Source: Cyanophyceae cyanobacterium
GTDB lineage: Bacteria; Cyanobacteriota; Cyanobacteriia; Cyanobacteriales; Laspinemataceae
DNA: 64,000 nucleotides
Assembly (NCBI GenBank): GCA_038321985.1
Contig: JBBQFN010000017.1
Span: 1-64,000, forward strand
Direction: 5' to 3'
This document shows, one piece after another, positions 1 to 10,523 of the stretch (position 1 is its first letter; each line of letters opens with the position of its first letter). Under the pieces are notes generated by a model. The model was not told the origin of the DNA. It was given only the letters and a program-made list of their open reading frames with translations, and ran no database searches. The translations under genes and the position numbers were made by a program.

Positions 1-162
1 GAAATTTTGACAACTTTCGGTTACGTCTTTTAGCAGCTTTTTCATCATAGTCATTATAAATTAGAGAGGTAGCCACTCAAAAACATTTAAACGCTCAGTA
101 ACTAATTAGAAAAACTTATCACCAAAAAGTCTGAAGAGCCGGTTTCGGATTCATTCACTAGC

Positions 163-624
163 TTATTCCTCGCTCATGGCCTGGGAGCTTTCTAAGTTTG
201 CAAATGTTTCTTCTAATGCTGCCGATAAGATAGATTGATAGTCTTCATTTTCCCGTTCTATTCCATTAAAAATTGCGTTGAGAAGACGTTGATATGCCTC
301 AGCATAAAAAAATAAAGCTTCTAAATCTCCTTTGAAGACAATCCAGCTAATATTCCAAACGGTTGATATGCCCCCGATGATGGAGAATAAGTGACCTGGA
401 ATCCCTTGTGGAGGTTCAATTCCTGCATAAGCAAAGGCTGTAAGCAATTTTCGCTTGTCTTCGGGAAGTTCTTCCCAACGGTCTTCTACTTCTACAGCTA
501 GGGCATTGGCCTTTTGAGCGATATCCCACAGTCGCGAAGAGTTCGCAGTAGGCGGTCGGTTGATTTCCCGATGTCGTAATAGATCCCTAAAGTCGTTAGG
601 ACTGATGGCGATCGCCTGAGTCAT
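163..624 (-). CDS. Hypothetical protein, possibly antitoxin-like, possibly truncated at the C-terminus
   Basis: ORF track 163..714. The ATG at 624 (MTQAIAIS), preceded by a GGAGGAAAGG SD-like sequence, is the more plausible start. No recognisable catalytic motif. Confidence 0.5.
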   Translation of the reverse strand: MTQAIAISPNDFRDLLRHREINRPPTANSSRLWDIAQKANALAVEVEDRWEELPEDKRKLLTAFAYAGIEPPQGIPGHLFSIIGGISTVWNISWIVFKGDLEALFFYAEAYQRLLNAIFNGIERENEDYQSILSAALEETFANLESSQAMSEE

Positions 625-716
625 TTGCCTTTCCTCCCGGACTAGGATATTAATCGTAAATAGATTGACTTTAACAGCCTTGATTGGGTCAATTATAGCG
701 ATAATTTCCCCCAAAG

Positions 717-751
717 CAAAAGGAGGGTAGGCAATAGCCCACCCTCCTCTT
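717..751 (-). terminator. Rho-independent terminator of groESL
   Basis: GAGGAGGGTGGGC-TATT-GCCTACCCTCCT followed by TTTT on the minus strand, about 45 nt after the groEL stop. Confidence 0.75.
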
Positions 752-795
752 ATTTTATGGTGCGTTAACTAACACTAACGCCACCGATTTAGAAC

Positions 796-2427
796 CTAGT
801 AGTCGAAGTCACCGCCGCCCATTCCGGCACCTGCGGGAGCGCCTTCTTTTTCGGGTTTGTCAACCACGATGCACTCGGTGGTTAACACCATTCCGGCGAT
901 GGAAGCTGCGTTTTGCAGGGCAGAACGAGTCACTTTGGCAGGGTCAACGATACCGGCTTCAAACATATCCACAAATTCATTTGTGGCAGCGTTGTAACCG
1001 ACGTTGAATTCTTTCTCTTTGACGCGCTCGGCGATGACTGCACCGTTTTGTCCGGCGTTTTCAGCAATCCGCTTCAGAGGAGCAGCGATCGCACGAGCAA
1101 CGATTAAAGCACCCGTGAGCGCTTCACCTGTTAAGTTCGCGTGGGCCCATTCTTCTAACACTGGGGTCAGGTGAGCCAAGGTGGTACCGCCGCCAGGAAC
1201 GATGCCTTCTTCAACAGCCGCTTTGGTGGCGTTGATGGCGTCTTCTAAGCGCAGTTTGCGGTCTTTCATTTCGGTTTCAGTTGCAGCACCCACTTTGATG
1301 ACTGCAACACCACCGGCGAGTTTCGCTAAGCGCTCTTGCAACTTCTCTTGGTCATAGGAAGACTCGGTTTCTTCCATCTGACGGCGAATTTGCTCGCAGC
1401 GGCTCTTGACGGCTGTCTCGTTGCCTTCGGCAACGATGGTGGTGCTGTCTTTGGTGATGGTGATGCGACGGGCTTTACCCAGCATATCCAGCTTGGTATT
1501 GTCCAATTTCAGGCCGGCATCTTCGGTGATCAATTGACCGCCGGTGAGCACGGAGATATCTTCAAGCATGGCTTTACGGCGATCGCCAAATCCAGGGGCT
1601 TTGACAGCGGCCACATTCAGCACACCGCGCAGGCGGTTCACCACCAGGGTTGCTAAGGCTTCTTTCTCGATATCTTCGGCGATAATCACCAAAGGACGAC
1701 CAGCACGAGCTACTTGCTCTAGAACCGGCACCAAGTCTTGTACCAGGTTGATTTTCTTGTCGGTGATCAGGATGAAAGGCTCGTCGAAGACGGCTTCCAT
1801 GCGCTCGGTGTCTGTAACGAAGTAAGGGGAAATATACCCCTTATCGAAGCGCATCCCTTCGGTGATTTCCAGTTCGGTGGTCATGGATTTTCCTTCTTCC
1901 AAGGAAATCACGCCTTCTTTACCGACTCTATCCATTGCTTCGGCGATCATGTTGCCAACTTCTTCGTCGTTACCGGCAGAGATGGTTCCGACTTGGGCGA
2001 TGGATTTGGTATCTTCGACCTGACGAGCATGGGCCGCAATTTTTTCGACTAAGAATGCGGTAGCTTTGTCGATTCCGCGTTTGAGGGCGATCGCATTAGC
2101 ACCAGCGGCGACGTTGCGGAGTCCTTCTTTGACCATTGCATGGGCCAAAACCGTTGCGGTGGTGGTGCCATCTCCTGCGGTATCGTTGGTTTTGGAGGCG
2201 GCTTGGCGAATCAGAGCTACCCCGGTATTCTCAACGTGGTCTTCCAGTTCGATTTCTTTGGCAATGGTGACCCCATCATTGACGATCTGAGGTGCGCCGA
2301 ATTTCTTTTCTAGCACCACGTTACGGCCTTTGGGTCCTAGGGTGACGGCAACCGCTTCTGCCAGGATGTCCATGCCTCGTTCCAGAGCGCGACGAGCATT
2401 TTCGTTGTAGATAATACGTTTAGCCAT
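796..2427 (-). CDS. groEL: Chaperonin GroEL (GroEL1, in operon with groES)
   Basis: 543 aa with [10 protein letters not shown] and [11 protein letters not shown] motifs and the cyanobacterial C-terminus GMGGGDFDY. Confidence 0.99.
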   Translation of the reverse strand: MAKRIIYNENARRALERGMDILAEAVAVTLGPKGRNVVLEKKFGAPQIVNDGVTIAKEIELEDHVENTGVALIRQAASKTNDTAGDGTTTATVLAHAMVKEGLRNVAAGANAIALKRGIDKATAFLVEKIAAHARQVEDTKSIAQVGTISAGNDEEVGNMIAEAMDRVGKEGVISLEEGKSMTTELEITEGMRFDKGYISPYFVTDTERMEAVFDEPFILITDKKINLVQDLVPVLEQVARAGRPLVIIAEDIEKEALATLVVNRLRGVLNVAAVKAPGFGDRRKAMLEDISVLTGGQLITEDAGLKLDNTKLDMLGKARRITITKDSTTIVAEGNETAVKSRCEQIRRQMEETESSYDQEKLQERLAKLAGGVAVIKVGAATETEMKDRKLRLEDAINATKAAVEEGIVPGGGTTLAHLTPVLEEWAHANLTGEALTGALIVARAIAAPLKRIAENAGQNGAVIAERVKEKEFNVGYNAATNEFVDMFEAGIVDPAKVTRSALQNAASIAGMVLTTECIVVDKPEKEGAPAGAGMGGGDFDY

Positions 2428-2516
2428 AGGTGTCCTTTGCAGTTTGTATGAGGTGTATGATTCAGATGAAATTGAAATCCGATCAAGGGTAAAACTTCTT
2501 GAGGGGGTTACCCGTT

Positions 2517-2828
2517 TTAGCCAACGATCGCCAAGATGTCTTTCTCAGCCAGGAGAACGTACTCTTCGGTGCCGAGTTTGATGTCGGTGCCAGCGTACTT
2601 GGAGTAAAGCACTTTGTCGCCCATTTTGACTTCTAACTCTTGGCGAGAGCCATCATCATTGCGCTTGCCAGGACCAACCGCCGCGATTTCACCCACTTGT
2701 GGCTTTTCTTTGGCGGTATCAGGTAGCAAAATGCCACCGGCGGTTTTTTCTTCAGAAGCGCTGACCTTCACAAACACGCGATCGCCCAGGGGTTTAACGG
2801 TAGAAACACTCAGAGAAACAGCAGCCAT
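2517..2828 (-). CDS. groES: Co-chaperonin GroES
   Basis: 103 aa with [20 protein letters not shown] and KYAGT motifs; directly upstream of groEL. Confidence 0.99.
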   Translation of the reverse strand: MAAVSLSVSTVKPLGDRVFVKVSASEEKTAGGILLPDTAKEKPQVGEIAAVGPGKRNDDGSRQELEVKMGDKVLYSKYAGTDIKLGTEEYVLLAEKDILAIVG

Positions 2829-2947
2829 GTAAAATCCTCCTTATCCATATCTATAGTCGATTCGGGTGAAAGCGCTGGCACTCTTCCCTCAAAAGTCTTG
2901 ACTGGCTTGAGTTTTATCTCTTTTCAGCCCGGTTTTGAGTTGGAGGT

Positions 2948-2974
2948 TTAGCACTCTCGACTCCTGAGTGCTAA
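2948..2974. promoter_or_regulatory. CIRCE element (HrcA operator)
   Basis: Perfect TTAGCACTC-N9-GAGTGCTAA upstream of groES. Confidence 0.97.
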
Positions 2975-3013
2975 TTTAACGGAATCTTAGTACCGAACGC
3001 AACTATTTCTTCT

Positions 3014-3029
3014 GTACGGGTTCCCGAAC
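3014..3029 (-). promoter_or_regulatory. K-box (cyanobacterial chaperone-gene activating element)
   Basis: Minus strand reads GTTCGGGAACCCGTAC, matching GTTCGG-NNAN-CCNNAC, about 40 nt upstream of CIRCE. Confidence 0.85.
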
Positions 3030-3157
3030 TTTTTGGAGGGGACCTCAGCATAGGAGGGAGGCGCAACTCTTGATTCCACAGATTTTTAAACAGGAGGATA
3101 GTCTAGTAGGCAATAGGCAGGTTATAGAGTTTTGGATTACAGAAGGAAGTAAAGAGG

Positions 3158-3634
3158 ATGATAGAGAAACCAATTCCCGAGCAAGTCACGGGTAAACCGG
3201 GGGACGAGACTCCCTTAGCGTCCTGTGTCGAGACGTTGGGATTAAACCAGATTCAACGGCACGTTTTTATCTGTGCGGACCAGACTCAGGCTAAGTGTTG
3301 CTCGAAACAGGACAGTCTCGTGGCGTGGAATTATCTGAAACAACGGCTGAAAGCGTTAAAGCTCGATCGCGTCACGCCGACTTCTCCCAATTGTGTGTTT
3401 CGCACGAAAGCCAACTGTTTGCGTGTCTGCTGTGATGGGCCGATTTTAGTGGTGTATCCCGATGGAGTGTGGTATCGTTCTGCCACCCCGGAGGTGATTG
3501 AGCGCATCATTCAAGAGCATTTAATCGGTAACCAGGTAGTGGAAGAGTATGCCTTTGTGATTCATCCGTTACCCACCCCTAGTTCGGAACCAAGGCAGGA
3601 CCTAGAAGCGCTATCGAGTCCGACGAAGGGATGA
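3158..3634 (+). CDS. Thioredoxin-like (2Fe-2S) ferredoxin
   Basis: HVFIC...CC...[22 protein letters not shown]...IIQEHL motifs. Confidence 0.9.
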   Translation: MIEKPIPEQVTGKPGDETPLASCVETLGLNQIQRHVFICADQTQAKCCSKQDSLVAWNYLKQRLKALKLDRVTPTSPNCVFRTKANCLRVCCDGPILVVYPDGVWYRSATPEVIERIIQEHLIGNQVVEEYAFVIHPLPTPSSEPRQDLEALSSPTKG

Positions 3635-4130
3635 GCGGTGGATGGAGGCGGGGGAAACCCGGAGTCGGTGGCAAGTCATGATCCGAACTCAACAGGACGA
3701 TTAGTCCACGGGTTTGGGAGAGGGCGATCGCCTGGTTTAATCCCAGCTTTTCCTAGGCATTTCCAAAGGGTGAAGCTCACCGGAGGGCTGCCTCGGTTGA
3801 AAAGCCTTTAAACCGTAGGGCAATCCGTTATAATCGATAGCGAGCTAAACCTGTATGGCGAGTAATATTTATTAATAGATTAAGTTTTGTCGCCGATCCA
3901 CTAACCCGGTTATTCAGGAGAATAAAGCGCTCCGTTGGGGTAGTTTCGAGCCGATCGATTCAGCGCTTAAAATCAGGGAAAGCTGGGAATAAAACTTATG
4001 CGATCGCCACTTGAGGAATTCTGTCTCTAGCACTTTGATGAGTAATCCCGACCGGATTTCATCAAACTTGCAGAGTAAGGCTCGAAACCATCTACATTTG
4101 ATCCATTCAAACTTTGGTACTGAATAACAC

Positions 4131-4778
4131 ATGACTGAACCCAGTATAGGCGCTCAAAAAAGACTTCTGCTGATTGACGATGACCCCAACTTGATCCTCT
4201 TGGTTAAGGATTATCTAGAATTTCGGGGGTATGAAGTCACCACCGCAGAAAATGGCCGCGAAGCCCTCGAAATTTTGGAAAAAGAAATGCCGGACATGAT
4301 TATCTGCGATGTCATGATGCCAGAAATGGACGGCTATGCGTTTGTTGAGCAGGTTCGGACAGACCCCCGCACGAATTGGATTCCGGTGCTGTTCCTCTCA
4401 GCCAAGGGTCAAAGTCAAGATCGGGTCAAAGGGTTGAATACAGGGGCTGACATTTACATGGTCAAGCCTTTTGAACCGGAAGAACTGGTGTCTCAGGTGG
4501 AAGCCTCCCTCAAGCAAGCTGGAAGGTTGCTTCAGCATCAACTTAAATTGGGTACGAGTGGGCCGAAAATTCAAGTTCCCTTTGATGTGGAATTGACCCC
4601 TACAGAAATGAAGGTGGTTCAGTTTGTGGCAAGAGGAATGGCAAATCGGGAAATCGCTGAGGCGATGAAAGTCTCCCAGCGTACCATAGAAAGTCATGTG
4701 TCCAATATGCTGGCAAAAACGGGGCTCCATAACCGGACCGAGTTAGCACGGTGGGCAATTGAAAGTAAAATGGCCTAG
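4131..4778 (+). CDS. NarL/LuxR-family response regulator
   Basis: REC domain (LLIDDD, CDVMMP, KPF) plus LuxR HTH (LTPTEMKV...GMANREIA...RTIESHVSN). Confidence 0.93.
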   Translation: MTEPSIGAQKRLLLIDDDPNLILLVKDYLEFRGYEVTTAENGREALEILEKEMPDMIICDVMMPEMDGYAFVEQVRTDPRTNWIPVLFLSAKGQSQDRVKGLNTGADIYMVKPFEPEELVSQVEASLKQAGRLLQHQLKLGTSGPKIQVPFDVELTPTEMKVVQFVARGMANREIAEAMKVSQRTIESHVSNMLAKTGLHNRTELARWAIESKMA

Positions 4779-5610
4779 GGTTTGAAATTTGCTCCGTTAA
4801 GCGCCGGAATGGATAGAGGGGATAAGGGTCGCACAGACTTCCATTGGTTCTTCGGAAATCAGGGTTCTTTCAGGCGGCTAGGAACGGTGGAGATTTCTCC
4901 TAAATTCTTGGCAATCTAGCAGCCGGTGTTCTGTACTCAGGCGCAGCAACAAGGCGGCTACTGGGGTTAGGAAGTGGCGATCGCTCACCTCCTCTTTGAA
5001 ATTGGTCCATCCGGAACTCAGTTTTAGCGGTAAAGTAATAAAAGTGATAAGGAAGGATTTGGGCCTCCCCGGATTCATCAAGTTGTTAACGAGATACGGA
5101 CTCCACTCAATCAGTAACCGGAGGTGATAGGGCCAAACTAGACTCAGCCTATATTTAATTTAATCCCACATCAGAAAAAATATCCATATCGCGATTTTAT
5201 AACGGGCAATGAAGTCGAATAATGCTATTTTATAACCGGACTTGCAATAGAAAAAACTCTAACCTATTCATAACCCAGCCTGAAGCATTCAAACTTCTTT
5301 GTTCGACCCGTTTTAACACTCGATTGGTAGAGCAGAAAATACTGCCTTACTCAGCTTGGCGTGGGACTCTCCTATCCGAATCACTGCTGAAGATGCAATG
5401 GAGTGCCAAAGGTTAGAAATCCCCATAGAAGCATGACAATTACTCAAAAGTCTATGGCTTTCTCGGGATATCCTGTTTGGTTCGCTGACTCTAGCCAACC
5501 GACACTCTGAACTTTTGGCAACCCAATCCAAAGCGGTTTATTTTGATAAACCGACAGGGATTCACATTTCCATGTTAATTATTTTCTACTAATATTAGGT
5601 CTAAGTTTCT

Positions 5611-6132
5611 ATGGGTTGTTTAATGAACCGTCTGTCTATTTTTGTAGACGGGAACAATATGTTCTACGCGCAGCAAAAAAATGGTTGGTTTTTCGATCCC
5701 AGAAGGGTGCTAGAATATTTTACCCAAGAGCAACCGGGCATTATGTTGATTAATGCCTTTTGGTACACCGGACTTAAAGATCCGCAAGACCAACGGGGAT
5801 TTAGAGATGCACTGATTAGTTTGGGATATACCGTTCGGACTAAAATTCTCAAAGAATATTATGATGACACATCGGGTCGCTATTCTCAGAAAGCCAATTT
5901 AGACATAGAAATTGTCGTGGATATGTTTAATACGGTAGAACAGTATGACCGGGTTGTATTATTTAGCGGAGATGGGGATTTCGAGCGGGCGATCGAACTA
6001 TTGCGGTCTAAAAATACTCATATAACGGTCGTTTCAACCGAAGGAATGATTGCCCGAGAGTTGAGAAATGCCACCGATCGCTATATTGATTTGAATGATA
6101 TTCGTGACCACATAGAGAAAATGGATTATTAG
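5611..6132 (+). CDS. LabA/DUF88-family NYN domain protein
   Basis: IFVDGNN...KANLD...SGDGDF...LRNATDRYIDL motifs. The start may be the ATG at 5623. Confidence 0.9.
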   Translation: MGCLMNRLSIFVDGNNMFYAQQKNGWFFDPRRVLEYFTQEQPGIMLINAFWYTGLKDPQDQRGFRDALISLGYTVRTKILKEYYDDTSGRYSQKANLDIEIVVDMFNTVEQYDRVVLFSGDGDFERAIELLRSKNTHITVVSTEGMIARELRNATDRYIDLNDIRDHIEKMDY

Positions 6133-6255
6133 AAGTCAGAACTAAGGACGGGCGGTTAGAATCAGAATACGGTAGGGCCGAACGCGCACCCCTAACCGCC
6201 TGCTTTCGTTGTCAACAGACAAACATCGGTCAAAATGGACTAGGAGGTAACTTCC

Positions 6256-7863
6256 ATGACAAATCAACCCGATCGCATCATTATTTTTGATACGACCCTT
6301 CGCGATGGTGAACAATCGCCAGGGGCCAGTCTCAATGGAGAGGAAAAACTGACCATAGCGCGGCAGTTAGCGCGACTGGGTGTGGATGTCATCGAAGCAG
6401 GATTTCCTTACGCTAGTCCCGGAGACTTTGAAGCGGTCCAAAAAATAGCGGAATTGGTGGGGGTCGAAGGTGGTCCCACCATTTGCGGGTTAGCCCGGGC
6501 GACTCAGGGGGATATCGAGGCAGCGGCAAAGGCCCTCAAACCGGCAGCAAAGCCGCGGATTCATACCTTTATTGCTACATCGGATATTCACTTAGAGTAC
6601 AAACTCAAAAAGACTCGTCCCGAAGTGGTGGCGATCGCGGAAGAAATGGTTGCCTACGCCAAGTCTTTTGTGGATGATGTGGAATTCTCCCCAGAGGATG
6701 CAGGACGTTCGGACCCTAAATTTCTCTATGAGGTTTTAACAAAGGCGATCGCTGCCGGGGCCACCACTATTAATATCCCCGATACCGTCGGTTATACCAC
6801 TCCAGGAGAATTTGGGGCGTTAATTCGCGGCATTAAAGAAAATGTCCCCAACATCGATAATGCCATCATCTCCGTTCATGGTCATAATGACTTGGGTTTA
6901 GCCGTTGCTAACTTCTTAGAAGCGGTCAAAAATGGGGCGCGACAACTGGAATGTACTATCAATGGGATTGGCGAACGGGCAGGAAATGCAGCCCTCGAAG
7001 AATTAGTGATGGCATTGCACGTCCGTCGTCAGTATTTTAATCCTTTCCTCGGACGTCCGGCAGATTCTCAAGAATCCTTAACCAATATTGACACGCGGCA
7101 AATCTATAAAACCTCGCGGTTAGTATCGAATCTTACCGGAATGTTTGTACAACCGAATAAAGCGATCGTCGGTGCAAATGCCTTCGCCCATGAGTCGGGA
7201 ATTCACCAAGATGGCGTGCTCAAGCATAAGCTAACTTATGAGATTATGGATGCCCAATCTATTGGGTTGACCGACAATCAAATCGTGTTAGGTAAACTTT
7301 CGGGACGTCATGCTTTTGCGAGTCGCTTGAAAGAGTTAGGATTTGAACTCACGGATAATGAGTTAAATAGTGCCTTTCTCAAGTTTAAGGCAGTAGCGGA
7401 CAAGAAGAAAGAGGTTACAGATTGGGACCTCGAATCGATTGTGAATGCAGAGATACAGCAACCCCCGGAAATTTTCCGTTTAGAGTTGGTGCAGGTATCC
7501 TGTGGCGATCGCGCCCGTCCGACAGCAACGGTAACCTTACGCACTCCCACCGGAGAAGAACTCACCGACGCTGCGATCGGGACTGGTCCCGTGGATGCAG
7601 TGTATAAAGCGATTAATCGGGTGGTGAATGTACCGAATCAGTTAATTGAGTTTTCGGTACAATCAGTAACCGCCGGAATTGATGCCTTAGGAGAGGTGAC
7701 GATTCGCTTGCGTCATGGCGATCGTATTTTCTCCGGTCATTCCGCGAATACAGATATTATTGTCGCCTCCGCTCACGCTTATGTCAATGCCCTAAATCGC
7801 TTGTATGCCTTTTTAGAGAAGCAGGAGGAAGCTACTCCCGAACCGGCAACCGCATCACTTTAA
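6256..7863 (+). CDS. leuA: 2-isopropylmalate synthase
   Basis: [25 protein letters not shown] motifs and the regulatory GTGPVDA motif; GGAGG SD upstream. Confidence 0.97.
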   Translation: MTNQPDRIIIFDTTLRDGEQSPGASLNGEEKLTIARQLARLGVDVIEAGFPYASPGDFEAVQKIAELVGVEGGPTICGLARATQGDIEAAAKALKPAAKPRIHTFIATSDIHLEYKLKKTRPEVVAIAEEMVAYAKSFVDDVEFSPEDAGRSDPKFLYEVLTKAIAAGATTINIPDTVGYTTPGEFGALIRGIKENVPNIDNAIISVHGHNDLGLAVANFLEAVKNGARQLECTINGIGERAGNAALEELVMALHVRRQYFNPFLGRPADSQESLTNIDTRQIYKTSRLVSNLTGMFVQPNKAIVGANAFAHESGIHQDGVLKHKLTYEIMDAQSIGLTDNQIVLGKLSGRHAFASRLKELGFELTDNELNSAFLKFKAVADKKKEVTDWDLESIVNAEIQQPPEIFRLELVQVSCGDRARPTATVTLRTPTGEELTDAAIGTGPVDAVYKAINRVVNVPNQLIEFSVQSVTAGIDALGEVTIRLRHGDRIFSGHSANTDIIVASAHAYVNALNRLYAFLEKQEEATPEPATASL

Positions 7864-7909
7864 CCTGAATTTCAGGAGTGCGAGTAGCTTGCTTGCTATG
7901 AATTGATAG

Positions 7910-7941
7910 AAAAACAGCCCGCAAAAGCAGGCTGTTTTTTT
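7910..7941 (+). terminator. Terminator after leuA (likely bidirectional)
   Basis: AAAACAGCC...GGCTGTTTTTT hairpin. Confidence 0.7.
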
Positions 7942-7983
7942 ATTAAAATGAAATAAATTGGGCTGACAAATGTACTGATATTC

Positions 7984-8117
7984 CATACGGTATTTAAAGG
8001 TCTGTAAAAATGGATTGTAGGGGCGCAATGCTGGCGCCCTCCGGAGGGCGCCAGCATTGCGCCCCTACAAATACATCTCGTTTTTATAGACTTATCACTA
8101 TTGCGAAAATCCGTATG
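7984..8117. repeat. REP/REPIN-like palindromic element with a 56-bp perfect core (8015-8070)
   Basis: TTGTAGGGGCGCAATGCTGGCGCCCTCC|GGAGGGCGCCAGCATTGCGCCCCTACAA, with outer inverted repeats GTCTGTAAAAA/TTTTTATAGAC and CATACGG/CCGTATG. Confidence 0.85.
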
Positions 8118-8196
8118 ATAATTCTCTTTCAATTAGTTTTCTCATTCTAGGGGAAAATGAGTTTTCTAATTTTTAAAACCCGGTCGTTACTATTGA

Positions 8197-8733
8197 CTAT
8201 CCCAACAATTCATCCAAGGTAATCTTAAATCCCTCCAAAACCACTTGAGTGCTAACAATATCGCCAGATTGAAAGGCGAGGGTCTGATTTTCTGTTAAAA
8301 TTAAAATTCGCCGTCCTTCGGGGAAAACTAGCCAGACTTCTTGACAAGTTGAGTCTAAATATTCTTGAGCTTTTGCTAACAACTCCTCTGCTACATCTGT
8401 GGGAGAGGCAATCTCAGCCACTAATGGCGGACTCTGGGGTAAGGTTGGCTCATTTCTATAGCGTTCTAGCAGTTCGGGGGTCAGGTAGGAAACATCGGGT
8501 CGGCGTCCTTGTTTTTGGGTACGGCAAGGCATTTCTACATAAACTTTACCGCCTTTTCCCGATTGGTTGAGGTAAGTTCTCCAGTACCAAACAAAGTTTG
8601 CTTGAATTTCGCTATGTCTGAGTGTCATTCCTGTTTTCTCCACCAGTTTCTCATCCACCCATTCCATGTTTTCGGGTGGATTTTTCATGAAGTCGTCTAG
8701 GGTGAACTGTTCAGTTTCGGTAGTCATTACCAT
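8197..8733 (-). CDS. Uma2/DUF820-family putative endonuclease
   Basis: RRPDVSY, PPLVAEIASP and EVWLVFP motifs; ends with LEGFKITLDELLG. Confidence 0.9.
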   Translation of the reverse strand: MVMTTETEQFTLDDFMKNPPENMEWVDEKLVEKTGMTLRHSEIQANFVWYWRTYLNQSGKGGKVYVEMPCRTQKQGRRPDVSYLTPELLERYRNEPTLPQSPPLVAEIASPTDVAEELLAKAQEYLDSTCQEVWLVFPEGRRILILTENQTLAFQSGDIVSTQVVLEGFKITLDELLG

Positions 8734-8922
8734 AAGAACTTCCTAGCTATTAAATGGGCCTAATTTATCCGTTTGATACGGAATCTGGTAAAACCCGCAC
8801 CGTGAAAGGTGGGGGCTTTTTTGGGATTGTGTCTTAAAGACTATGATAACATAATTTTAAATAATTGAATTCTCACAAATTTTAATGTATCCAACACCAT
8901 CAAATCTTGTAAGCGTTAGCAT

Positions 8923-9795
8923 TTACAACTTCCGAATACTGGCAATTACTCCCTGGCAAACTCCAGTGAGAAAATCTAAATCTAAGGTTTCTATAGTGTC
9001 ACCAGCTTGGTGATAGTGGGGATTTCTGAGGTTGGCAGTATCGGTAATCATGATGGCTGGATATCCTAAATCCCAAAATGGGGCGTGGTCGCTGCGGCGG
9101 GTATCAGGGACAATTTTACCTTTTTTACCCGCAGGTAACCATTGGCAAGGGAGGCCAGTTTTTTTGATGATTCGGCTGATTTTAATCAGGTCGATTAGGG
9201 TGTAAATATTGCCGATTAAGGCAATATAATTTCCTTGATTGGGGTAAAAGTATTTTAATCCGGTTGGATACTGTTGGGAATGGGGTTGAGAATTACAGTA
9301 GCCTAACATTTCTAGGGAAATCATTAAGCGTAGGGGTTCTTTTTTAGCGGCGAGTTCGCTGGCGTAGGCGGTACTGCCACATAAGCCGTATTCTTCCATA
9401 TCAAAGGCGATGAGGCGCAGGGGATATCGGCTGGTTTCGGTGGCGAAAGTTCGGGCTATTTCTAGTAAAACAGCGATGCCGGTGGCGTTGTCATCGGCAC
9501 CCGGAGAACCGGGTACGGCGTCATAATGTGCGCCAATCAAAATGGGGGGTTTGGAGGTGCGATCGCCTCCGGGGAGATTTAGCACTAAGTTTTGATGGGT
9601 TTTCCCCCGGATTTCAAAATTATGAGTTTCTACGGTGCCGTATTGTTGTAACTGTTGGCGGATGTATTCGCGCACGTAAAAATAGCCGCCTGTGGCAATA
9701 TAAGGGTCTCGATCGCGGACGACTTGGACAAGATGTGAGTGTAAGTTATTTTTCAATCCCTGGGTTGCTTCCGGTGGTTGATTGGGTTGCGGCAT
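8923..9795 (-). CDS. M28-family peptidase
   Basis: IGAHYD, PGADDNATG, DMEE, LEMLGY, SDHAPF and PHYH motifs. Confidence 0.92.
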   Translation of the reverse strand: MPQPNQPPEATQGLKNNLHSHLVQVVRDRDPYIATGGYFYVREYIRQQLQQYGTVETHNFEIRGKTHQNLVLNLPGGDRTSKPPILIGAHYDAVPGSPGADDNATGIAVLLEIARTFATETSRYPLRLIAFDMEEYGLCGSTAYASELAAKKEPLRLMISLEMLGYCNSQPHSQQYPTGLKYFYPNQGNYIALIGNIYTLIDLIKISRIIKKTGLPCQWLPAGKKGKIVPDTRRSDHAPFWDLGYPAIMITDTANLRNPHYHQAGDTIETLDLDFLTGVCQGVIASIRKL

Positions 9796-9869
9796 AAGGG
9801 CTTTTTCCTGGAAGAATTATACGGATAAAATTATTAGAAAGTCCTGTCCTTGTCGTGAAATTATCTAAC

Positions 9870-10523
9870 TTACAAGTTTTCCTCAAAAAACACAGCATGA
9901 GCAACGATCGCCGCTTGAGTGCGATCGCGCAAATTCAATCGGTGGAAAATATGGGTAACATGGTTTTTTACCGTTCCTTCAGTAATATACAATGCCTTGG
10001 CAATTTCCCGGTTACTCGCACCTTTGGCAATCAGGCGCAATACTTCTAATTCCCTGGGGGTCAGTTCTTGCCATCCCTCGGGAACATTCGGTTCGCGTAA
10101 GTGAACTGTCTTGACTTTCGCCATGACTTTGGTGACTAAACCGGGTCCAATTTGAGTATAGCCTTTGTTCACTGTGCGAATGGCATTCGCTAACTCTTCC
10201 GAAGGCATATCTTTAAGTAAGTATCCCCGAGCACCGCCTCGCAGTGCCTCAGCAACAGATTCATCATCATCTACGGTGGTTAATACCAAGACTTTTACCT
10301 GGGGAAATTGCTGGCAAATTGCCTGGGTTGCCTGAACCCCATTCATCACTGGCATATAAATATCCATAAGCACGACATCGGGTTGGAGACGGTTTACCTG
10401 TTCGATGGCGAGTTGTCCATTTTCTGCCTCTCCCACTACATTCAAATCGGTTTCTCCTTCCAACAAAGCTATCAACCCCCGACGAATCAGATTCTGATCG
10501 TCTACCAATAAAATGCGAATCAT
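9870..10523 (-). CDS. NarL/LuxR-family response regulator (orphan)
   Basis: The REC domain begins at MIRILLVDDQ (ATG 10523); HTH LTPRELEVL...GTVKNHV. Confidence 0.93.
   Translation of the reverse strand: MIRILLVDDQNLIRRGLIALLEGETDLNVVGEAENGQLAIEQVNRLQPDVVLMDIYMPVMNGVQATQAICQQFPQVKVLVLTTVDDDESVAEALRGGARGYLLKDMPSEELANAIRTVNKGYTQIGPGLVTKVMAKVKTVHLREPNVPEGWQELTPRELEVLRLIAKGASNREIAKALYITEGTVKNHVTHIFHRLNLRDRTQAAIVAHAVFFEENL

Noticed and set aside
4878..5081. 67-aa minus-strand ORF between the response regulator and the LabA-like gene
   Set aside because: No recognisable motif and the GGAGG is badly spaced from the GTG. A small protein cannot be excluded but is unsupported.
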